A stretch of DNA of 34,252 nucleotides from Anaerolineae bacterium (lineage in GTDB: Bacteria; Chloroflexota; Anaerolineae; S140-20): assembly GCA_027021705.1 (NCBI GenBank), contig JALUTT010000100.1, forward strand, positions 1 through 34,252, in the 5' to 3' direction. The notes under the pieces are model-generated. The model was not told where the DNA came from. It searched no databases and saw only the letters and a program-made list of their open reading frames with translations. How positions within the stretch are numbered: the stretch's first letter is position 1; each line of letters begins with the position of its first letter. Shown here one piece after another: positions 26,571 to 34,250 of this stretch. Made by a program: the position numbers and the translations under genes.

Positions 26571-26582
26571 ATCCCCACCCCC

Positions 26583-26610
26583 TTGAGATTTACCCCCAAA
26601 GCGGTATAAT
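26583..26610 (+). promoter_or_regulatory. Sigma70-type promoter for the SARP-type regulator
   Basis: TTGAGA - 16 nt - TATAAT. Confidence 0.65.
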
Positions 26611-26740
26611 TTCCGACAAGGGAAGGGCAAGCGGCCCTCTGCGCGTTGTCACCACGCCGGCCGGCCGTCGGACGCCGGCCCCTCCGAGGGGAGATCGCCT
26701 GCAAGCGTCACCGCACTCCAGAGGGCGGAGGTTGTCAACG

Positions 26741-29700
26741 GTGAAGTCGCTCACTCTGTACCTGTTGGGCCCTTTCCACGTCGTCCGAGATGGAGCTCCT
26801 GTCACCGAGTTCCGCTCCGACAAGGTACGTGCCCTGTTGGCCTACCTAGCCTTGGAGGCCGACCGCCCCCACCGGCGCGACACCCTGGCCGGGCTGCTGT
26901 GGCCGGAGGTGCCCGACGAGGTGGCCCGCCGGAACCTGCGCCTCTCCCTGCACCGCCTGCGCGAGGCCCTGGACGACCGGGAGAGGGAGTCCGCCTACTT
27001 CCAGATCAGCCGGGAGACGTTGCAGTGCCGACCGGAGGCTGTGTGGGTGGACGCGGTCGCCTTCGAGGCGCTGCTGACCGCCAGCCAATGCCACGACCAC
27101 CGGCATCTGGCGGGCTGCGCTGCCTGTATGCAGCGCTTCGCGGAGGCCGCGGCCCTCTACCGAGGAGACTTCCTGGAAGGCTTCTTCCTGGAGGACAGCC
27201 CGGCCTTCTCGGAATGGGTGGGGATGAAGCGGGAGCACTTCCACCGCCAGGTCCTCACGGTGCTCTACCGCCTGGCCGCCTACCACCGTCGGCGGGGCGA
27301 GCTGGAGCAGGCCCAGAAGTACGCCCGACGCCAACTGGAACTGGAGCCCTGGCGGGAGGAAGCCCACCGGCAGTTGATGGACATCCTGGCCTGCGCCGGC
27401 GAGATCAGCGCGGCGCTGGCCCAGTACGAGACCTGTCGCCGCGTCCTGGCCGAGGAACTGAAGGTCGAACCGGACGAGGAGACCCGGCGGCTGTACCGAC
27501 GCATTCGGATGATGCGCACCGGGCGACGCCACAACCTGCCCCCCCAGGCCACCCCCTTCGTGGGCCGGAAGGCGGAGCTGGCCCAGATCGCCTCACTGCT
27601 GGCCGACCCCGACTGTCGGCTCCTGGTCCTGGTCGGCCCCCCGGGCATCGGCAAGACGCGCCTGGCCCTGGAAGCCGCCGCCACCCAGGTCAACGCCTTC
27701 CTCCACGGCGTCCGCTTCGTCCCGCTGGACACCCTGAACGCGCCCAACATGCTGGTCCCCGCCATTGCCGAATCCCTGGGCCTCCCCCTCCACGGCGGTG
27801 AGGACCCCAAAGCGCAGCTCCTCGGCCACCTGCGCGAGCGGGAGCTGCTCCTGGTTATGGACAACTTCGAGCACCTGCTGGCCCCCTCTCCCCCATCGTC
27901 TCCGTCGGAGGCCGGGGCCGGAAGAGGAGAGGAAGCTACCACGCTGCTGGTGGAGGTCCTGGAGAACGCCCCTGACGTGAAGCTCCTGGTCACCTCCCGG
28001 GAGCGGCTGAACCTGCGTTGGGAGTGGGTCTTCCCGGTCGAGGGGTTGGAGTATCCCAATGGAAAGGCCCGGGCTTCGGCGGGTGAACCTCCCTCCTCCC
28101 CTTCGTCATCCGAGGAGACGGGGTATGTGACGCGCTCGATGCCCTATGCGGCCGTGCAGTTGTTCCTGCAGACCGCCCGCCGAGTGGACGCCCACTTCTC
28201 GCTGGCAGCAGAGGCCCCCGCCGTGGTACGCATCTGCCAGTTGGTAGAGGGGATGCCCCTGGGCATCGAACTGGCCGCGGCCTGGGTGCGGGCCTTCTCC
28301 TGCCGGGAGATCGCCGCCCGGATCCAGCACAACCTGGACTTCCTGGTCACCTCGCTGCGGGATGTGCCGGAGCGGCACCGGAGCCTGCGGGCGGCCTTCG
28401 AGTCCTCCTGGTACCTCTTATCGGAGGCGGAGAGACGGGCGTTCCGCAGGCTGTCCGTCTTTCGGGGTGGATTCCTGGCCGAGGCCGCCGGCCAGGTCGC
28501 CGGCGCTTCCCGCTTCCTCCTCGCCGCCCTGGTGGACAAATCCCTGCTGCGCCGGACCCCCAAGGGACGGTACGGGATGCACGAGCTGCTGCGGGAGTAC
28601 GCGGAGGCCAAGCTCCGGGAATCCCCCGAGGAGGCGGAGAGGACGCGGGCCCGGCATTGCAGCTACTATGCTTCATTCCTCCATCAGAAGGTGGAAGACC
28701 TGAAGGGGGAGAGGCAGAAGGAAGCGCTGGACGAGATCCGCGCGGAGATGGGCAACCTGCGGGCGGCCTGGCGCTGGGCGGTGACCCACGGGAGGTGGCA
28801 GGAGATCGGCCGGGCGCTGGAGGGCCTCTACCACTTCTACGAGATGCAGGGCTGGTTCCGCGAGGGGGAGGAAGCCTTCCGGCAAGCGGTGGAGGGGTTG
28901 GCAGAGCACGGATTTTGGAGCCCCGGTCAGAGCGAACGGGGAGAGGCAGCCCCGTCCGTCCACGACCCCCAGGCCGCCGTCGTGGTGGGAAAGCTCCTGG
29001 CCCGGTGGGGATGGTTCTCCTGGCGCCTCGGCCTCTACGGGCAGGGTCGAGAGCTCGTGCAACGGGGCCTCGCCGTCTGCCGAAATCGGGGCGAACGAGG
29101 CGAGGTGGCCTTCTGCCTTGCCTCCCTGGGCTTCATCGCCCACAACGTGGGGGAGTACGAGGAAGCGGGGCGGCTCTACCGGGAGAGTCTGGCCCTCTAC
29201 CGGGAGATCGGAGACCGGTGGGCGATCCTGCGGGCTCTCAGCCGCTTGGGGCTGCTGTCTTACACGACAGGAGTTTACCGGAAGGCGCAGCAGTTGTTCC
29301 AAGAGGCACTCGCCATCGCCGAGGAGATCGGTGAACGGCGGGGCATGGCCTTCTCCCTGGCCTACCTGGGGCTGGTGGCCTGTGAACTGGGGGAGTGCGC
29401 GGTGGCCCAACAGCGGTGCCAAGAGGGGCTTGCCCTCCTCCAGGAGATGGGCGACCAATACGGCATCGCCCTTTGCCTGGCCTACCTGGGCATCGTCCTT
29501 TGCCACCTGGGGGAACTCGAGCAGGCCGGGCAGCACCTCCACGAGAGCCTGGCGCTCTTCCGGGAGATCGGCGACCGCCACGCGATCGCCTACGTCCTGA
29601 ACCATCTGGGCGACGTCTACCGAGGGATGGGCCGGTACCCGACGGCCGACCGCTTCTACCGAGAGAGTCTCGCCACCTACGGGGAGGTCGGAAGCCACGG

Positions 29701-29902
29701 CGGGATGGCCGAGGCCCTCGCCCGTCTGGGCCGCTTGGCCTTCCTGCGAGGGGAGTACGAGGAGGCGGAGGAGTTCCTGCGGGAGAGCCTCCGGCTGGTA
29801 CAGCGGGGGCCCGGCGACGTCCCATCTGATAGGCCACGGACGACACGGATGCGACGGATGAACGCGGATTGCCCGGAAAAGATCCGAAAGCATCCGCCCT
29901 GA
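26741..29902 (+). CDS. AfsR/SARP-type regulator: wHTH-BTAD, NB-ARC-like STAND ATPase and TPR repeats
   Basis: LLGPF...KVRALLAYLA, LYRGDFLEG, EPWREEAHRQLM, FVGRKAEL, GPPGIGKT (Walker A), LLVMDNFEH (Walker B), GMPLGIELAA, MHELLREY, several TPRs. GTG 26741 follows GGAGG. The last ~27 codons come from the repeat array. Confidence 0.92.
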   Translation: MKSLTLYLLGPFHVVRDGAPVTEFRSDKVRALLAYLALEADRPHRRDTLAGLLWPEVPDEVARRNLRLSLHRLREALDDRERESAYFQISRETLQCRPEAVWVDAVAFEALLTASQCHDHRHLAGCAACMQRFAEAAALYRGDFLEGFFLEDSPAFSEWVGMKREHFHRQVLTVLYRLAAYHRRRGELEQAQKYARRQLELEPWREEAHRQLMDILACAGEISAALAQYETCRRVLAEELKVEPDEETRRLYRRIRMMRTGRRHNLPPQATPFVGRKAELAQIASLLADPDCRLLVLVGPPGIGKTRLALEAAATQVNAFLHGVRFVPLDTLNAPNMLVPAIAESLGLPLHGGEDPKAQLLGHLRERELLLVMDNFEHLLAPSPPSSPSEAGAGRGEEATTLLVEVLENAPDVKLLVTSRERLNLRWEWVFPVEGLEYPNGKARASAGEPPSSPSSSEETGYVTRSMPYAAVQLFLQTARRVDAHFSLAAEAPAVVRICQLVEGMPLGIELAAAWVRAFSCREIAARIQHNLDFLVTSLRDVPERHRSLRAAFESSWYLLSEAERRAFRRLSVFRGGFLAEAAGQVAGASRFLLAALVDKSLLRRTPKGRYGMHELLREYAEAKLRESPEEAERTRARHCSYYASFLHQKVEDLKGERQKEALDEIRAEMGNLRAAWRWAVTHGRWQEIGRALEGLYHFYEMQGWFREGEEAFRQAVEGLAEHGFWSPGQSERGEAAPSVHDPQAAVVVGKLLARWGWFSWRLGLYGQGRELVQRGLAVCRNRGERGEVAFCLASLGFIAHNVGEYEEAGRLYRESLALYREIGDRWAILRALSRLGLLSYTTGVYRKAQQLFQEALAIAEEIGERRGMAFSLAYLGLVACELGECAVAQQRCQEGLALLQEMGDQYGIALCLAYLGIVLCHLGELEQAGQHLHESLALFREIGDRHAIAYVLNHLGDVYRGMGRYPTADRFYRESLATYGEVGSHGGMAEALARLGRLAFLRGEYEEAEEFLRESLRLVQRGPGDVPSDRPRTTRMRRMNADCPEKIRKHPP

Positions 29903-30799
29903 TCCGTCCCACCCGTGTTCCTCCGTGTCCCATCCGATAAGCCACAGGTGACACAGACGCGACGGATGGGCACAGATTGCCCGGAAGAGGTCCGAAAGCA
30001 TCCGCCCTGATCCGTCCCATCCGTGTTCCTCCGTGTCCCATCCGATAAGCCACAGGTGACACAGACGCGACGGATGAACGCGGATTGCCCGGAAAAGATC
30101 CGAAAGCATCCGCCCTGATCCGTCCCATCCGTGTTCCTCCGTGTCCCATCCGATAAGCCACAGGTGACACAGACGCGACGGATGGGCACAGATTGCCCGG
30201 AAAAGATCCGAAAGCATCCGCCCTGATCCGTCCCACCCGTGTTCCTCCGTGTCCCATCCGATAAGCCACAGGTGACACAGACGCGACGGATGAACGCGGA
30301 TTGCCCGGAAAAGATCCGAAAGCATCCGCCCTGATCCGTCCCATCCGTGTTCCTCCGTGTCCCATCCGATAAGCCACAGGTGACACAGACGCGACGGATG
30401 GGCACAGATTGCCCGGAAAAGATCCGAAAGCATCCGCCCTGATCCGTCCCACCCGTGTTCCTCCGTGTCCCATCCGATAAGCCACAGGTGACACAGACGC
30501 GACGGATGAACGCGGATTGCCCGGAAAAGATCCGAAAGCATCCGCCCTGATCCGTCCCACCCGTGTTCCTCCGTGTCCCATCCGATAAGCCACAGGTGAC
30601 ACAGACGCGACGGATGAACGCGGATTGCCCGGAAGAGGTCCGAAAGCATCCGCCCTGATCCGTCTCATCCGTGTTCCTCCGTGTCCCACCCGATAAGCCA
30701 CAGGTGACACAGACGCGACGGATGAACGCGGATTGCCCGGAAGAGGTCCGAAAGCATCCGCCCTGATCCGTCCCACCCGTGTTCCTCCGTGTCCCATCC
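29821..30799. repeat. Tandem array of nine 108-bp internally palindromic units
   Basis: Units start at 29821, 29929, 30037, 30145, 30253, 30361, 30469, 30577 and 30685, with a 7-bp stub at 30793. No unique spacers. Confidence 0.97.
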
Positions 30800-30885
30800 A
30801 CCGAGCTAGAAAACAACTGACAAGTATCACGTTAAAGAGGTGATTTTGTGCACTATGGCACTTGCCCGTTGAGTTGTATCCTATA

Positions 30886-31001
30886 GTCGCTAACGTCGCC
30901 TGGCTATCGGCACGTTAAAGGGCTGCGACCCCAGATCACACCTCTCCTCCTTTCCTTGGCTGTGGTTCCCACCAGGCCCCCCCCTGGTGGGAACCTTTTT
31001 T
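30886..31001 (+). ncRNA. Candidate small RNA: 5' hairpin, C/U-rich anti-SD-like linker, intrinsic terminator
   Basis: Hairpin GTCGC-TAACGT..ACGTTA-GCGAC (30886-30929); CACACCTCTCCTCCTTTCC (30937-30955); terminator at 30964-31001. Confidence 0.5.
30964..31001 (+). terminator. Strong intrinsic terminator
   Basis: GGTTCCCACCAGG / CCTGGTGGGAACC perfect 13-bp stem followed by TTTTTT. Confidence 0.9.
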
Positions 31002-31764
31002 AACGCACCCCGATCCCGATCATCCGGGGGCTTCCCTCCTCGTAGGGCCCCCAGCCATAGTCGCCGTAGAGCCCCTCCAAGGTCAGGCCGGCCCGCTCCA
31101 CCAGCAGCCGCAGTTCCGCCGGAAAGGTGTAGCGCAGCGTCATCGAGACCGCCGCCTGTCGCACCGCCCCGTTGGGGAGGATTTCCTCGTAGACGGCCAG
31201 GACCTCCTGCTGCTGCCGGGCCCAGTTCAGCCGGCTGGCCGTCCGCTTGAGCACTTGGTGGCTGGTGGCCGGATCGGTCCGCTGCCACTGGTGCATCCAG
31301 ACGCCGCTGCCGTCCTGGTGGGCCATCTCGTCGGCCGGGGGGAGGTCTATGACCAGCCGTCCCCCGGGTTGCAGGTGCCGGCGGACAGCAGTGAGGACGG
31401 CCATCTGGGCTTCCGTCGTCAGGAGGTGCATCCAGGTGTTGTAGGCGAGGATGACCAGGCCGAAGGGGCGGGCCAGGGCGAAGGCCCGCATATCGGCCTG
31501 GATGAGGGAGACTCGGTGGGCCAGCCCGGCCTGGTGCAGCTTCTGCCGGGCCAAGGCGAGCATCGCTCGGTTGCGGTCCAGCCCCACCAGAGTGTGACCA
31601 TCCCGGGCCAGCGGGAGGAGGAGCCGGCCCGTGCCGCAGCCCAACTCCAAGATCGGGCCGCCGGCCTGAGCCGCCAGGGTCCGGTAGAAAGGGATGTCGG
31701 CCCGCAGGGGGGCGTGTTCCAAATCGTAGAAACGCGCCAGCAACGTATATGGATCAGTTCCCAT
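31000..31764 (-). CDS. Class I SAM-dependent methyltransferase
   Basis: YD...DIPFY, ILELGCGTGR, GLD...ML, QADMRAF, HLQPGGRLVID. Confidence 0.9.
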   Translation of the reverse strand: MGTDPYTLLARFYDLEHAPLRADIPFYRTLAAQAGGPILELGCGTGRLLLPLARDGHTLVGLDRNRAMLALARQKLHQAGLAHRVSLIQADMRAFALARPFGLVILAYNTWMHLLTTEAQMAVLTAVRRHLQPGGRLVIDLPPADEMAHQDGSGVWMHQWQRTDPATSHQVLKRTASRLNWARQQQEVLAVYEEILPNGAVRQAAVSMTLRYTFPAELRLLVERAGLTLEGLYGDYGWGPYEEGSPRMIGIGVR

Positions 31765-31780
31765 CAATGTAAAGAGCCCT

Positions 31781-32071
31781 TCAGAGACGGCCGTTCAGAT
31801 AGGCCCGGATAGCGTCTCTGTCTTGCTCGTAGTCCTCCACCGTATAATCTACAACGGGGACACCGTTGGTCACCAGCCAACTTCTGAAGTCAGCATAACT
31901 CATTCCCGCAAGGCGGGCTGCTTTGCCGAAGGAGAGCACGCCATCTCGATAGAGCCACAATGCCAGCAGATGACGTGCTTCTTCACGAAGACGCTTTCGA
32001 TCTATGCCAGCCGAGCGCAAGGTCACATAAACGTCAGCTGGCAGGAACAGGTTAACGTGGACGGTTTGCAT
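31781..32071 (-). CDS. UPF0175 family protein (antitoxin-like)
   Basis: LALWLYRDGVLSFGKAARLAGMS..DF...L...GV..Y..ED.E.D pattern; RBS GGAGG. Confidence 0.85.
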   Translation of the reverse strand: MQTVHVNLFLPADVYVTLRSAGIDRKRLREEARHLLALWLYRDGVLSFGKAARLAGMSYADFRSWLVTNGVPVVDYTVEDYEQDRDAIRAYLNGRL

Positions 32072-32132
32072 AAGGTCCTCCTCACTCCCGAATGGAGCGG
32101 CTTCTCGCAGCGTTCTCTACAAGTTCAGGACA

Positions 32133-32161
32133 AGTATATCACGGGGGAAGCCGCCGGTCAA
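32133..32161 (-). promoter_or_regulatory. Sigma70-type promoter for the UPF0175 and methyltransferase genes
   Basis: Minus strand: TTGACC - 17 nt - TATACT, with TGn. Confidence 0.75.
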
Positions 32162-32168
32162 CAGTGGG

Positions 32169-32196
32169 TTGACTTCCCGCGCCGCCGATGTACAAT
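32169..32196 (+). promoter_or_regulatory. Sigma70-type promoter for cinA (back-to-back with the previous one)
   Basis: TTGACT - 16 nt - TACAAT. Confidence 0.7.
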
Positions 32197-32218
32197 GAGG
32201 CCCGAAAGGAGGCATTCT

Positions 32219-33475
32219 ATGCAAGCGGAGATCCTGACCATTGGCACCGAGCTCCTTTTGGGCGAGATCGTGGACACCAACGCGGCCTTCATCGCCCGCC
32301 GGCTGGCCGAGATCGGCGTGGACCTCTACCGCAAGACGACGGTGGGGGACAACGAGGAGCGGATCGTGGCGGCCCTGCGCCAAGCACTGGAACGGGCCGA
32401 CGTGGTGATCACGACGGGCGGCCTAGGGCCGACGGTGGACGACGTGACCCGGGAGGCGGTGGCCCGGGCCACGGGGCGGGAGCTGGTCCTGGACGAGGCG
32501 CTGCTGGCCTCCATCGAGGCGCTCTTCGCCCGCTGGGGCCGCCCGATGCGGGCCAACAACCGCCGCCAGGCTTACATCCCCGCCGGGGCTATCCCCATTG
32601 AGAATCCCGTGGGCACGGCACCGGCTTTCATCGTCGAGGCCTCCCAGGGGACCGTCATCTCCCTGCCCGGCGTCCCTCGGGAGATGCGCTACCTGCTGGA
32701 GCAGGCGGTGCTTCCCTACTTACAGCGGCGGATGGATGGGCAGGCCACGGTCATCCACAGCAAGCGGCTGCACGTGGTCGGACTGGGGGAGAGCGAGATT
32801 GACCGCCGGCTGGATGACCTGATGCACTGGGAGAATCCGACGGTGGGCCTGGCCGCCAAGGAGGGCCAGGTGGACATCCGCATCGCGGCCAAGGCGACCG
32901 ACGAGGAGGGGGCGGAACGGCTCATCGCCGACGCGGAAGCACGGATCCGAGAACGGCTAGGAAAGCACGTCTACGGCGAAGAAGAGGAAACACTGGAAGG
33001 CGTAGTCGCCGCGCTGTTGGCCGGGCGGGGGATGCGGTTGGCCGTCCTCGAGAGCAACACGCTGGGGGCGGTGGCCGGACGGCTGGCAGCCACCCCCCAG
33101 GGCCCCCAAGTCCTCCAGTCCGGCCATCTGGTCCTCGCCCCCGATGAGGCGGGGCGGTTGCTGGGGCTCTCCTCCCCCCCGGAGCGCTGGGAGGCCCTGG
33201 TCTGCCGAGAGGTAGCGGAACGGGGAGCCCTGCACCTCCGCCGCGCGGCAGGAGCGGAAGCCGCCCTGGTGGTCATCGGCCACCTGGTGGCCGGCGCGAC
33301 GCTCCAGGAACAGGGGAAGGGGGAGAGCTGGGTGGCTATGGCCTGGACGGAAAAAGGGGGAGAGGAGCTAGCGGAGGTGCGCAGCGTCCGGGTGCCGATG
33401 GGAGGCATCCAGGACCCGGCCCGGAGCCGGATCACCACCAGGGCTCTGGACCTGGTACGCCGGGTGCTCGGCTAG
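32219..33475 (+). CDS. cinA: CinA family protein (MoCF-like ADP-ribose pyrophosphatase domain plus a divergent PncC-like domain)
   Basis: AEILTIGTELLLGEIVDTN, TVGDN, TTGGLGPTVDDVTRE, GTAP, LPGVPREM, GLGES; start ATG 32219 after AAGGAGG. Confidence 0.9.
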   Translation: MQAEILTIGTELLLGEIVDTNAAFIARRLAEIGVDLYRKTTVGDNEERIVAALRQALERADVVITTGGLGPTVDDVTREAVARATGRELVLDEALLASIEALFARWGRPMRANNRRQAYIPAGAIPIENPVGTAPAFIVEASQGTVISLPGVPREMRYLLEQAVLPYLQRRMDGQATVIHSKRLHVVGLGESEIDRRLDDLMHWENPTVGLAAKEGQVDIRIAAKATDEEGAERLIADAEARIRERLGKHVYGEEEETLEGVVAALLAGRGMRLAVLESNTLGAVAGRLAATPQGPQVLQSGHLVLAPDEAGRLLGLSSPPERWEALVCREVAERGALHLRRAAGAEAALVVIGHLVAGATLQEQGKGESWVAMAWTEKGGEELAEVRSVRVPMGGIQDPARSRITTRALDLVRRVLG

Positions 33476-33539
33476 CCCATCTCGGCAACAAGAAAGTGGG
33501 GCGTCTCCCATCCGCTCAATCTGTTCTCAAAAGCGGACG

Positions 33540-33650
33540 GCTGTCAACGGATTGGGGGAGCGGATTGAACGGAAAGGAGCGCTCCCAGACGCTGGAAGCG
33601 GGGAGGCGCGGAGGGCCTCCGCCCAATCCGTTCTCAAATCCGCTGACAGC
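33540..33650. repeat. 111-bp palindromic element of CGGAT/ATCCG type
   Basis: GCTGTCAACGGATT..GAGCGGATTGAACGGA / TCCGCCCAATCCGTTC..AATCCGCTGACAGC. A partial extra right arm lies at ~33511-33538. Confidence 0.75.
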
Positions 33651-33680
33651 GGACCACGGACTGTGGACTGTGGACCGGGA

Positions 33681-34250
33681 TCAGTCCAGGGGAAGCCAGA
33701 AGCCGATGGTGGTTCCCCGGCCTTCAGCGCTCTCGGCCCACACCTGGCCGCCGTGGGCCTCGACGATCCCTTTGACGATGGCCAGCCCCAGACCGGTGCC
33801 CCCGCTGCGCCGGGCCCGGTCCCGCTCGGCCCGGTAGAAGCGCTCGAAGATGTGGGGCAGCGCCTCCGGTGGAATGCCGGGGCCGGTGTCGGTGACGGCG
33901 ACCCGGACCCGGCGGTGGGGTTCCCGGTCGTCTCGCCCCAGGGAGAGGGTGACGTGGCCTCCGGCAGGTGTGTGGCGCACGGCGTTGTCCAACAGGTTGC
34001 CCAGCACCTGCTCCAGCCGCCCGGCATCCACGGGAACGGGCGGTAGCTCCGCCGCCGCGACCTCGATGGCGACCCCCTTCTCCGCGGCCGAGGCCCGGAA
34101 GCCGGCCGCGACCCGCCGGGCCAGAGCGACCAGGTCGGTCGGCCGCCGGTGCAGGGGGAGTTCCCCCGCCTCGGCCAGGGAGAGGGTGCGCAGGTCCTCG
34201 ACCAGCCGGATGAGGAGGCGCACTTTGTCCAGGACCGGCCCCAGGTGCTC
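33681..34250 (-). CDS. Sensor histidine kinase, C-terminal part (HisKA end plus HATPase_c); runs off the window
   Basis: RLVEDLRTLSLAE, QVLGNLLDNAVRH (N box), DTGPGI (G1), IFERFYR (F), GGTGLGLAI (G2). Confidence 0.93.
   Translation of the reverse strand, partial: EHLGPVLDKVRLLIRLVEDLRTLSLAEAGELPLHRRPTDLVALARRVAAGFRASAAEKGVAIEVAAAELPPVPVDAGRLEQVLGNLLDNAVRHTPAGGHVTLSLGRDDREPHRRVRVAVTDTGPGIPPEALPHIFERFYRAERDRARRSGGTGLGLAIVKGIVEAHGGQVWAESAEGRGTTIGFWLPLD

Noticed and set aside
29821..30799. CRISPR array
   Set aside because: Units are near-identical over all 108 bp, with no unique spacers, and no cas genes are in the window.
29900..30820. Selenocysteine read-through of the regulator into the array (one in-frame TGA per unit, selA nearby)
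   Set aside because: No recognisable bacterial SECIS geometry after the TGA, no redox motif, and the palindromic DNA explains the pattern. Only proteomics or 75Se labelling could revive the idea.
28673..30830. Three long minus-strand ORFs with 36-aa repeats across the array
   Set aside because: The unit simply lacks TTA/CTA/TCA on the plus strand and its length is a multiple of 3, so all minus frames stay open. There is no RBS, and the ORFs run antisense into the regulator.
30828..30920. CACGTTAAAG direct repeat (30828-30837 and 30911-30920) as a TSD or operator
   Set aside because: No TIRs lie between the two copies, and two 10-mers are not enough evidence on their own.
31823..32218. N-terminal extension of cinA in the ORF track
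   Set aside because: It overlaps UPF0175 in antisense and both promoters. RBS and homology place the start at 32219.
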